Positions 30,601-41,869 of a stretch of 64,000 nt of DNA are shown in pieces (the first letter of the stretch is position 1; the number at the start of each line of letters is the position of its first letter). Made by a program: the position numbers and the translations under genes. The notes beneath the pieces were generated by a model, which saw only the letters and a list, made by a program, of their open reading frames with translations, was not told where the DNA came from and made no database searches. The DNA is taken from contig JAAPAO010000123.1 in the NCBI GenBank assembly GCA_013115145.1, positions 5,135 through 69,134 on the forward strand. The letters run 5' to 3'. This DNA comes from Perkinsus chesapeaki ATCC PRA-425. Its lineage: Eukaryota > Protista > Perkinsozoa.

Positions 30601-30870
30601 GATGCACCCGCATTCAACTTCTATCATTTGACGTTCTGTCGGGCGACTGGGAACTGCACGGCAGGGTAGTTGCCAATGTGAAGCGAGCTAAGTGACTGTC
30701 TTCACGTTTTCAGTGCAACTTCCGGAGTCTTACTGACTTTCCCACTTCACGGCTTCAGCCTAGGGGATCCCGCAACCGATGGTGAGGAAATAGGGAGCGT
30801 TATTAGTGGTATTGGCCCGAGTCAGGTACCGATGCAAACATTGCAACATTCTCTGCGAGCCTATCACTAG
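18663..30870 (+). CDS. Giant secreted modular protein of unknown function (dozens of exons; end approximate)
   Basis: Signal-peptide-like start MMPASSF...VSAVAFMAATLYFHTSTAA|ES. ORFs 19578-19991, 20016-22883, 23100-23735, 24660-26102 and many short exons link through GT-AG introns. Repeated lCyC and AP-x-F-x-F / V-x-NP...N-x-W motifs. Confidence 0.8.
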
Positions 30871-31022
30871 TGTGTCAAGTATTTGTATTCGCCTTCGCCA
30901 TGATCATTTTATTAGTCTAGTAGCATTACCCAAATGGGGTAACCGTTGTTATATCTCCGTCATGAGTTGCGTAACAGTACGAAGTCAGGTTTCCTCGGAG
31001 TCTCGAAGCTGATATGAGCCTC

Positions 31023-31209
31023 AGTGTGTAAACCCGTAGTAAACACCGCAAGCTCCTCAGTTATTGCAGAGGCACACCTTCACAACTTTCCATTGGAGAA
31101 GGACTCCAATCAGGAACCTCGCTCGCCCAGGGGCACGCTCACACAAGGTGAAACAAGCCCTCCCCGCACCTCGCTTATTTACTCTACGCACAACAAGTGG
31201 TGGTCCGCA
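31023..31209 (+). repeat. Dispersed ~190-bp element, copy 1
   Basis: Shares long blocks with 59284-59478, e.g. CAGTTATTGCAGAG-CACACCTTCACAACTTTCCATTG, ATCAGGAACCTCGCTCGCCCAGGG and CGCTTATTTACTCTAC-CACAACAAGTGGTG-TCCGCA. Confidence 0.92.
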
Positions 31210-31298
31210 TTAACGCTACAGAGGGCAGTGCTTTGTAACGAGAAACTACTACATAACACATAAACAAGTCAATAGTACTAAGCTGTACATACCAGCGC

Positions 31299-34200
31299 TC
31301 ATAGAGCGTCTGAATTCACATACGAGTCAACAACAGTAGGAATAACGAATGGGTTGGACAAGGAACTTAACACACTGGAGAGGAATAGTGGACTACACGC
31401 GGTCTGCAGCAGGAAGAGGGCCGTTGACGTGGGAACAGTCAGTTCAGATCTCACCGGCGATTTCGCATATATTCGGTCATCGGCAGATGCCGATGGGTCA
31501 GTGGTGTGCGGTGTTATGGCCGCGTTGGACGACGCACCGCTCGGATGGGTACTCTTGATAGAATCCCGTTCTGTGACAGCCTCAGACGGAACCTCGGTTT
31601 CACCGGGCTTCTCGCTGGAGACGATGCTCGGTAGTGGGCCGTCTGATACAGGCGCTGCAACTTCCTTTGTTTCCTCGTCACAGTGAGTTGGAGTCATCTC
31701 GCTACCGACCCACTCGGAAGGCGTCACATCCTCCTCACTTTCTCCAGCGGGCATGGAGTACTCGGCTTGGAATACCGAGGTATCCTTAACAGCACCACCA
31801 TCCTCTTGCTCGACAAAGGTATCCTTAACAGCACCACCCTCCTCTTGGTCGACCGAGGTATCCTTAACAGCACCACCATCCTCTTGCTCGACAAAGGTAT
31901 CCTTAACAGCACCACCCTCCTCTTGCNNNNNNNNNNNNNNNNNNNNNNNNNNNNNNNNNNNNNNNNNNNNNNNNNNNNNNNNNNNNNNNNNNNNNNNNNN
32001 NNNNNNNNNNNNNNNNNNNNNNNNGGTCGACCGAGGTATCCTTAACAGCACCACCCTCCTCTTGGTCGACCGAGGTATCCTTCACAGCACCACCCTCCTC
32101 TTGGTCGACCGAGGTATCCTTAACAGCACCACCATCCTCTTGCTCGACCAAGGTACCCTTAACAGCACCGGCTAAAGCGTCGACGGAAGTATCAATCGTA
32201 TCTCCTGGTTCTCTTTGTGTGTCAGTGAGAGTCTGTGACTCATCTATATGCTCGGCTGTAGCGCTCTCGTGTGGTAGCCCAACTACGTCCATATCAGATG
32301 TTACCAATTCTCTGTCCTCCACAGGGGAAGCCGTGAAGAGACTATCGTCACTAGTTGGTTCGACGTAGAACCCAGTGGAGCTCATACTGTCGTCGGTGGG
32401 AGCCAGGAGGTGCGCTACAGGTACATCCTCGCCTGCATCCTGCCGCGGTACTTCGCCAATAAGCAGCACTCCCTGTGGCATATCTAGATCGACGCCGGTA
32501 GTTTCGTACGACTGGAAAGAGGCTCCCCTCGCTTCGTTGTGTAGTGTTGCTTCAATTGAAGAACCCCCCGCTGTATCACTCCGTATTTTATCCCTCGACG
32601 TGTCCACCACCGTGGAATCTTCTTCATTCGCCGGCTGTTCTAAGGCGCTCTCCGATTCTCTCCCAGTGGTGTCCCTATCTTCAGCGACCTCTTGACTTTC
32701 GCCAGAAAGATGCCGTAAAGCCTTGCTAAAGAGGAATCTTTCCGAGTCATCATCCAGCTTTGATCGTCGCAGCCTCCACCGAGCAACTATCTCCTCTTTC
32801 ATCGCCCTGGCCCGCTCGCGATACTTCTGATAGTTCTCGTTGAGCCATTCTCCCGTTGCGATCATATTGTCCCGCAATTTGCCGTAGCTATCCGGTTCGT
32901 CGGAAACTTCAGCAATCCCCAAGTCCAGCGGCTCCTCACTAACAATGTCCCCCGAGACTTTTTCTTCAGGAATGTCATCCGAGGGCGGAGCGACGCCAAC
33001 CGACTCTGGCTCTCGTAAAATTTCGGCCTCCTTCTCGTCAACTGATGGTTGACCTTCAGAGACTCTGGGGAAAGTGACCTCTTCTTCGCTTGCCCGGATG
33101 GGCTCGGGCTCTCCCTGTGTAGCATCGGTGAGGATACCCTGTGCTTCCTCCGCTTCAGGAGCATCGATAGTCCTCTCGGAGACTACAGGTTCTACTGTAG
33201 CGTTGGCTTGTTGAGTGGGTTCGGGCGCGCTAAGTACTTCCTCCTCTGGCTCTTCTTCGCATGCATCTAAAGGCTCGGCCGCAGCAGGAAGCTCCTCTGT
33301 GGTTTGTGGCTCTTCGAGGGCCTCCTGAGATTTCTGCTCATCAGTCACGGCAGTCCTGGCACCGTTGCCGTTAACCGTCTCTGGGTGCTTGGCGAATGGG
33401 TTGAGACTCCGAGACACAACCTTCCAGGCGGAGTCGCTCAGCGCAGCCTGTAGCTGAACAACACAGAGGAATTATTTAACCTCGGTGAGGCCTTTGGGCT
33501 TCCGAGCTACCTCCTGATCAGCAGCGACCTCCGTGAGCCTCTCCTTCAACAGCTCTGATGTGGCTGGGTCATTTACAACACCTTGAGCCACCCGAGTGGC
33601 TACTTCCTGGACAGCGTCGTATACAGCTTCAGACCTGATTGGAGCAGAATTGTGTCGGCCAACTGTTAAGGTGTTGGCACCTGACGGTATCGGAAGCCGT
33701 CTGCGAGAGCTTCTCCTGGACATCAGGTCGCAGGACTAGTTCCCCGGTCCACTTGGCAGCCTGGTCCTGGACTACCTGCATGTAGATTGTCGACACCACA
33801 AGTGACGACACTTGTTGGATAACTGATAGCAGGAGTTATGAAGGGCCGCTAGATGATTCCCCTACTATATGGGTCTTTGCACAAATTAGCCACCAGATCC
33901 TTAGCAGCCGATTGCACTGCATCCAGCCGAATGACCTTTGCCATAAGACCGCCAATATCGCCTGAGCTCAGCAGATGTAGAGTGCAGTTGAATAGAATGG
34001 CGAGGCGTACTCTGCCTGCTATTCAGCAGCTGCATGACCCAATCGCCGGCCACGCCCCTCAAGGATTCGTCAGCTAATATTTGTTCAATCATCTTCCTAA
34101 CAGTGGCCTGGCCCACGGGATGAGATGGAGTCAACGGCGCGATGAATCTTACTTCGGCCGCGTCCTGAAGATCCTTATTGCTAATCGTCTCTCGGACAAC

Positions 34201-34675
34201 GCTCGCGCCTTGCGTACCAACCTGATGAAGTGGCGTAGAAGGGATAAACAACGCTGGAAAGTTCTACAGTTGATGTTATCTTGTCCTTGTTCATCCATAG
34301 TGCAAATAGAGAGAACCCAACAAGTCCGGCTGCCAGCTGTAACCGCCGTGATCTAACCTAACACGCGGCATCAGCAGATAGTATGGATCCTCCGCGGTTT
34401 GATAGCGGTTATTAGAGCTTCCTGTTGATAGCGTTTAACCGAAGAGTCTAGAACAACAAAGCGCCAGCTCCTCTTACCCCAGCCATTTTAACTAGCTGAT
34501 CCACCTTCGTTGCAACAGCTTCCCCATAAAACGAGTGCAAAGACGGTGTAGGATTGTGAGTCGCCGGGGGTACAGGATTCCTATAGAATCGTCTAGGCAA
34601 CGAGCGCGACACTGAAGTGACAGGACGGAGATGAGCAACATGCCGCCGGAGGACAGGTGACGTCCGACGAAGCAT
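31299..34675 (-). CDS. Putative mitochondrial membrane protein with helical domain and long acidic repeat tail
   Basis: Arg-rich, acid-free N-terminus MLRRTSPVLRRHVAHLRPV..., then hydrophobic and helical exons (VVNDPATSELLKERLTEVAADQEV). A spliced junction LQAALSDSAWK|VVSRSLNPF leads into the 31903-33417 ORF, which continues across the N gap to the stop at 31299. Confidence 0.72.
31775..32170. repeat. Coding 39-bp tandem repeat (13 aa, GGAVKDTSVDQEE / GGAVKDTFVEQED)
   Basis: Unit CCGAGGTATCCTTAACAGCACCACCCTCCTCTTGGTCGA, about 4 copies on each side of the gap. Confidence 0.95.
31927..32024. other. Assembly gap (98 N) inside the tandem array
   Basis: Run of n bases in the sequence. Confidence 1.
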
Positions 34676-35118
34676 TAGTTAACGTAAATCAGTGAGGAAC
34701 TATCAGTAACCCCAGTGGCGGTCACTCCGTTGCTTGAAGTACGCGCAGGCAGCTGATATGGTTGATTCAGTTGGCTTATGCGGGCGGGGGCGATGGGATA
34801 CTGCGGCTTGGTTTGCTCAGAGATGCTACCGTCCTTAGAACTAAGCCGAACTCAAGGCATTCAGTTTGTGGTGGTAAACGTTATGCGTTCGCCATGACCA
34901 TTGAATGAGTACCGAGGTACATAGTGGTGTTTAGAAATATAATAGAAAGGCTGATGTCGGGCTCACAAGTGAAAGAGTCCATAAAAGGAAGGATACAGAA
35001 TTCCTGAAGTAACCAAAGTAATGAAATGTTATCACATAAACTAGTTCTGAACAAGCCTATGCGATCCTTGCTACGAAACTCCTCTCAATAGAGAGAGTAG
35101 ATCATAGCAGTCGCTGGC

Positions 35119-36053
35119 TCACGCTTGTGCTGCCACACTGGCGTGTTTGTCAGCATAGATCTGTTGGGCGAGTTGATGATTCTCATAGGTGATGACAGGG
35201 TTGCTGAAGAAGTGTGCGACAGGCTCGCGATGGTGATGGTTGAGCGCATCCTCGTCCCGGATGATGGCCTTATGTTGCTCTCTCTCCAAGGTGCAGGCAG
35301 GAAGGTCGTACTTCTTCACCCTGTTAGCGTCGTCCAAGTTGAACTCGTCGTGCATGGTGCCAAGGTCGTGGGCGGTGCAGTTTTCACGATGGCCTAGATA
35401 CTCATCGGCCTTGCTCTTCTCCCAAACAAGTTGGTCGAAGCGCCCCTTGTTAGCATAGCCAGGCTTGCCACGAGGGGGATAAGCCGTGACCGTTTTCTCA
35501 ATAGCAGAGCCATCATATGCCTCATTCGGCAGGCAAGCCGCCTTAGCGTGGTCGGGAAGGACGACTGGCTCTTGAGCTGGCTTCTGAGCACCAGGTTGGA
35601 GTCCCTTCGACAAAGTTGCTGGATGGTCATGTGCATACTGCAACTCTGATGAGGTCTCGTCACGATGGGATACAACATCGACAGATTTGGGGACCTCAAA
35701 GGTCTGATGAGATAAACCAGATACGGGCTGTTGGTCTAACGGTAGTCGGGGTATCTGCGAAAGAAGCTAATCAAGCTAAGGACCGTCGAGGGGTAGTCGT
35801 CCTGAGCGGAGGATAACCAAGTGGCAAAAAGGCCCCTCGGGGAGAAGACGACTTGAGGCGTTACCTGTTCGTGAACGATAGCGCCCTTGACAGCATCATG
35901 TCTGTGCTCATTCTTCCTCTCAACATCCTCGACAGTCGGATAGGCCTGGAATGCAATGAGATCTTAATGGTACAAGGGACGCCTAAATCAAGCGGCACTT
36001 GCCTGTCCAGTAGTGAGGGTATGAAAACGCTGCATGAAGTTCTCGCCGAACAT
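35119..36053 (-). CDS. Hypothetical hydrophilic protein (3 exons, first intron GC-AG)
   Basis: MFGENFMQRFHTLTTGQ | AYPTVEDVERKNEHRHDAVKGAIVHEQ | IPRLPLDQQPV...ELQYAHDH, in frame with ORF 35119-35643. Confidence 0.72.
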
Positions 36054-36275
36054 TCAGGAAATTTAGAAACAACGATAAGATATTAACTGAAAGGAGGCTG
36101 TGTAGTTGTACCCATCGCGGAGAGTTACCAGATCGGTCACGGTGCATTTTCAAGCTATGTACACGCGTGCCAGTTACGCGCGCACACCCGCAAAGCCCGT
36201 GGTCAGTCCCTCCCCGAACAACAAGATAGGAGAGCAGTTTCGGAGACCACAGTACACAAGGGGACTCGATGGTAC

Positions 36276-37662
36276 TCAAGGACTATCAGTCATAGCAAAC
36301 CAATCACTCAAGGAGCGGACCATTTCTTCTTGACGAACTCCGGTGTGAAGATTGGAGTGGCCACCGCCCTTGATAAAAACAATTGTGTAATCAACGCCAT
36401 CTACCGAGTCGCTCAAATCTTTGGCGTTTTGGGGGGATATCTGCCAGTCGGACAGGCCTGATAAAGGAAGCTCTCGGAGCAGCATTCGGCAAATCCTGGA
36501 AGATTTGCAAGCCAGCGCGGCTACTGAATTTTACCATGGAAGTTGATTATGGGGATCCCGGGGGCTTCGTAACGGAGCAGCTGTAGCTGTCGTTCAGTGT
36601 AATAATCGAAGCCAGTAGGGTCCTTCATCGCAGGTCTGAGAAAGCAGTGTGATTGGCCACGTACAAACAGAGCCAAACGGACTCCATGAGTGATGCCAAA
36701 AGATGAGTTCTGATGCTAAGAGGAAGAAACCAAAGTGGTAGCGTCATGGGATGCTGGGCTGCTGTCTTGGTGAACTCTACGAATGTTGACTCTAGGATGC
36801 AGCCGGAAATCTGAGATGGTATGTCCGGGTACAAGGGGTCCTCGCCGCTGCGGAGAAGGCCTACCTTCCGTCCCTGGCCGATCATATACCGAGCAGCGTA
36901 CAACGCTTGAGGACCTCCTAGGGAATGACCGTACAGATACATCGGTAACTAAAGCAGCTTCAGAGTAGAAGAAGGAAGGCAATAATTGGGAAGCCTTACT
37001 GTGCTGTTTCCCAGCATCTTTCCCGTCCAATCAACAACCGACTGGATATCTTCCAGCACACCACTGGTCCACGGTGTCCCCGTCGAATCGCCGTAACTGA
37101 AGATGGTGAGCAGGTTATCGGGGCATGCCTATTCGCCAGCAATTACCCTCTGAGGTCAAATGCAACTACAACAGCGTGAAGCCTGTTGGCAAGCATCTTG
37201 TAAAGCTCCACCCGGTGGCCTTGGGCCCTGGTAGCCGCCTGGCCATGAAAGTATCTGCAAGTGCAAAGCGTCATCTCCAAGGATCTTCTGGGCCGTACAT
37301 GATCGCTCGCTCAGGAGGCTTAGTTCCGTTATCTGCCGGTATCTAAGCGACGCAAGCAGTGCATCACCTAGGGCAGGTACCAACTCACAAGCCAAAATCC
37401 CAGCGTTTCGTTTCCACTTTTAACTCGGTAGTTGCGGGCTCCACGGAGGCCGTCAGTAACTGCCGGATCTGTCATGGGCCAGATGCTGTTGGGTACATGG
37501 GCGAAGTCAAGATGAATTAGCGACACAACTATGAGGTTGAAGTCGTATCTAATATGAGAGAAGCTGCATCCGGGGAGATGTCTCGCCCTACATTATGAAT
37601 GAGAGCAAGGCTGCTATTAATGCAGTAAGAATGGCATATGGCCGACGCAGCAGCGAGCTCAT
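36276..37662 (-). CDS. ABHD12-like alpha/beta hydrolase, paralogue B
   Basis: N-terminal TM segment (MSSLLRRPYAILTALIAALLSFI), YFHGQAATRAQGHRVELYKML...FDLRG YGDSTG, nucleophile motif YLYGHSLGG, ILESTF, C-terminal GGGH. Confidence 0.88.
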
Positions 37663-37746
37663 TGAACTTGAACAAAAACAACTGTTACCGAGTTATGCCT
37701 TCCTTCGCCAACACAACTTGCTGAGCATTCGCAAGAACACCAGAGA

Positions 37747-39155
37747 TTAGTGGCGCGCCTCAGTGGATGTAAACCACGCTTGAAGAGCTGCTAGGAACTG
37801 CATTCCTTGAGGAGGATAGATAAGCGTGCTGTGGCCGCCGCCAGGAATGGAGACCTTTGTGTAGTTCACATTGTCCACCGAGTCGGCTAGTTGGTCCATG
37901 GAGTGTGGGGATACTTCCCAGTCTTTCGTTCCTAAGAAATGACAGAGTTTGGTGGGGCCTCGAACTTGGAAGAACCGGGCTGAGCTCTAGACAGGGGAGG
38001 TATCGGAGCCTCACCGTGGAAGTTAATAATGGGCACCGACGGGTCCAGCTTGCGTAAGTCTTGGAGAAGCCGACTAGTGTCAAAACGGAAGTCTGATCCC
38101 TTAAGGGCAAACCTGAAGGATTAGCTCCGCGCCTGGAAGGGTGAGGGGCTCTCACCCGAAACCCCAACGAATAATATCAAGTCTAACTGATCTTGGCAGT
38201 ATCCACATGAACCACGTCGAAATATGGTCTGCAGCAACATCCTCGAAAGTGGGGAAGGTGGCCTCGAGGACCACACCGGTGACCTAAGGATTTGCTTCAA
38301 GGTAGCTGAACACTCTGATCGCGCCTAACCTTCTGGCCTCTGCTCAGTGCGTGAATGCCAGCATAAACAGCTTGAGGGCCTCCTAGGGAATGTCCGTACA
38401 CATAAAGGGGCAACTAGTAACACCCAACAGGTAGCCAAGGGACGGTTTGGAGCCAGCTACATCCAGTTTTCGCGCAACATTATCGATTGCCCAGTCTGTA
38501 ACGGTTTTGATGTCCTGAGAGAAGCCTTCTATATAAGGGAAGCCAGTGGAATCGCCGTAACTGATGAGAACGACTTAGGTAGCGCAATAAACAGATATCG
38601 ACGGTGCACCCGCGCAGGTCGGCAGTAACAACGTGACAATCCATGTCCCTCGACAAATGACGATAAAGCTCAACTCGGTGCCCATGCTCTCTAGAACCAG
38701 CTTGACCGTGAAAGTAACTGCCAAAGTAGCGGCAACAATATGGGGCAGTACGTATGTGCAACCATAGAAAAAACTTACACTATAACACGCTTTCCTTTGG
38801 TTCCACTGGCTGGGGGGACCTGAAACGCAGTTCACGAAAATTGCTAGTGACCCAGAAAAGACGTACGTGCCACAGGCCTAGCACAGCGTCTCCACTTTGA
38901 ACTCGATAATTGCGAGCGCCAGCCAGACCGAAGTCCCTCTCAGGATTGTCCATCGGCCAGATGCTGGCTGGCCAGTGCACAAAGTGCAAATGAATGAGAC
39001 CCGTTACCACTGTGGTGGGGTCGTATCTGCCTTGTGATGGATGGATGCGTGGTAGTGGCGTCTTACAGGACCCATGCTACGAAGACCGACAGGGTGATGA
39101 GCAAGAGGGATGCTATCTTGCGATCAGGTTTTTCCTTAGAGGACACTTTTGACAT
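37747..39155 (-). CDS. ABHD12-like alpha/beta hydrolase, paralogue A
   Basis: MSKVSSKEKPDRKIASLLLITLSVFVAWVL TM segment, YFHGQAGSREHGHRVELYRHL...DLRG YGDSTG, YVYGHSLGG, VLEATFPTF, GGGHSTL. Stop at 37747-37749. Confidence 0.88.
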
Positions 39156-39513
39156 CGGGTTCCATAAACACAAAAAACGCTAGAGTGACAGCGGATAATC
39201 GAAAGCGTCATTGGAGATGGTGCAATGCTGACGCTCGTATCTCATCGAAGCGAAGCCCCTGTCTCTTACTACTAAGGAAGTCTCTACAACTACAGTACAG
39301 TATAGACACTTTAGGCTCCCAGTCGTGATGGTGTTAGAGAGACTTGATTGTAAACTGCTGCGTTCTACTAACTCAACATGTGACGGTGAAAAATATACGT
39401 GCGCAGTGTAACAATATGGACATCATAATAACCATCACTAGCGGGAGGTGCCAGAAACAGCAGCATCAGCATGCATTCACGACTTGCCGTGTACAAAACT
39501 CGAGCGGGATGTT

Positions 39514-41731
39514 CTATCGTAGAGGCCCTGTTGGACGCAACGAGTCCACCATCAATGGCCTCTCTTGCGCCCCTGACATCGGTGATCGTGCATCATGGTG
39601 TTCAGTATCCACAGACATGCACACGATACCAATGCAAGCTAGAGTTAATGCCAGCATAAAGCAAGCAAGATTCTTCGGCACCTGACGGCAATGATGCAAC
39701 TGATGATGGAGGATGCAAGAAAAGCTGAATATCTTTTCGAATGGAAGCTTCCAAGAATCCATAGGAAATAATATGACGCATCCGAAAGTTACAGCACCAA
39801 AGAGACCCTCAGTCTTAACCTGTGATCAGGTCCAAAATCTACGGGAAATAATAGTAAGAGAACAGAGCGGTGTCAGTAAAACTGACTAAGTATGCTCAAT
39901 CGGACCCTCAGCATCTTAACGTTGGACGACTTACTTCACGGAAGCATGCCGCCCCAAATGATACCATGAAAAGCATTAGTAGGATCTGATATGGTGGGAT
40001 GCACACAACTGCATCGAATTGCCTCATCATCCACGACATAAATGTTAACTGCATCAGCGATGATGCTATCACCACACTGAAGCACAGATAGGGCTGGTAG
40101 GCTGAGGGACGATGGGCGTGCCAGATCGAAAACTATCCAAAGAGCTACCTGACAAGCCGTCCATTGCAATGTACTGAGCACCGAACTTCCCGGCCAGGGC
40201 AGTTACCGCTGACTGGTAGCCCCCTAGGAAGGCCAGTGCTAGGAGAGCCACTGCCCGACGCCCACGACGCTTCTGCACCTACTCGAGTTGAATGTGATCC
40301 GCATCATCTACGGCGAGCTACTACCTGGGCTTGGCTGACGGGTATGTGATCATCAATGGCAACGTGTGCTCTCATAGACCACCTAGATACCGAAAAGGAC
40401 AGCAAATAGAAGGGAAAAGTAATCCCTGAAATGGGGATGAACAGGATAAGGGTGAACGTTGCTATACGAGAGGGCATGATTTCTCACCAACGAAGGTAAT
40501 AAACCTTGCACTCGACAGCAATGCTGTTATATTCTGATCAGATCCACCATCATCCGAGGAACCAAACGCCATGGCAGCGACGGCACCGATTACGATAAGG
40601 ATGGAACCGATTGTCTGAAAGGAACAGTGTCAAACTAATACCTTCGGGAGCCCCGCACGACGCCGCGGAGAGATACGCCTAAATTAGAAAGGCCGTAATG
40701 ATCCAGTGAATATCAGTCTTACGGAATGGGGGTGCGCGCAAGGGGCAGCTCGTTAAACGCTTGCATCAAACAAGGTCACGTATTTACCAATATTAAGCCA
40801 TTCAATAGAAAAGTATGTGGGTTAAGGTGATCGCTGTGTCGCGAGATATTAATAGGCTACTAAACTGCGTATCATATTAAATTGAAAAAAATGGTGGGAG
40901 GACGATCTTTTAAAAAAATCCCCAAAAAGTTTTTTGGACTCACTTGTGCTCGTGATAGACCTTCCCCCAGCATCACTCTCGCTACAGCTGCATTAGCAGG
41001 CACTGTTAAACCAGATGAGCAAGCACGGATTGACATAGATATATACACCAGAGACCAGAAGTCAAAAACAGCTGATAATATATAGAATACCACTGCCAGT
41101 CTGAGAGGAAGGAGCAAGTCAATTAACCATCCGATGGCATCCACTTAGCAGCAAGTACAACATAAATATGAGACAGTACAGTTGCATTACTAGTGATATA
41201 TTAAAGTAACGGTAAAGGGAACCAATATATTGACATTATTCTAACCAACCTGCAAGCCTAGTCTTACAGCCACAGTGGCGAATTTATTGCTGTTAGTGAT
41301 AGTGTGAGCAACAACCACATAGCGGGACTGACCATAATATATCCACGAAGTAGCTAGTATGAGCCGAATTAACGCTCGTGTGAAGGCGAAGGAGCAGGAA
41401 GCTAAGGAATTTCGGGGAGCCTTCTTATCTTCCGAGGTATGAATCTTCGTTGAGTCTGTGGTGGCTTAACCCCACCTACATTCCTGACTTCTAAGTGTGA
41501 CCCGACTACTACCCGACAATCTTCCGCCTATAGACAGGCGGCGGCTCCCAAGGGTCCATATCCATCAGAATCATCTGTTGAACTTTAGCCTCGATACGTA
41601 GAGCATCCAACTTCATAAGGGAGTTAGCAATAGCTGTTACGACACAAGATGTAAGACAGAGGATGCCTGACAGATGCGGGGACTACACACTATTTTAGCC
41701 AGCAACCTAACACCAGTTGACGAGGGTACAT
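39514..41731 (-). CDS. NIPA/DMT-superfamily membrane transporter (possible Mg2+ transporter)
   Basis: Multiple TM exons in NIPA order: LGILCLTSCVVTAIANSLMK; FYILSAVFDFWSLVYISMSIRACSSGLTVPANAAVARVMLGEGL; TIGSILIVIGAVAAMAFG; ALLALAFLGGYQSAVTALAGK; FMLALTLACIGIVCMS. Confidence 0.62.
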
Positions 41732-41869
41732 TAGAATATGTTGTTACGATAGTAAAGTATATAGTTACTAGGATACCTTAGTATTGATCGTTAGCAGTTT
41801 TATGATGCAATCGATGTGAAGTGGGGGGGCATTCTATATTACAAAGATTAACATGTGCCACGATCAGCC

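Noticed and set aside
14971-32170. Tandem arrays as possible CRISPR-like repeats
   Set aside because: The units are contiguous with no unique spacers, the context is eukaryotic and there are no cas genes.
31683-32175. Plus-strand ORFs with GILNSTTLLLVDR repeats
   Set aside because: They are the antisense or alternative frames of the 39-bp coding repeat.
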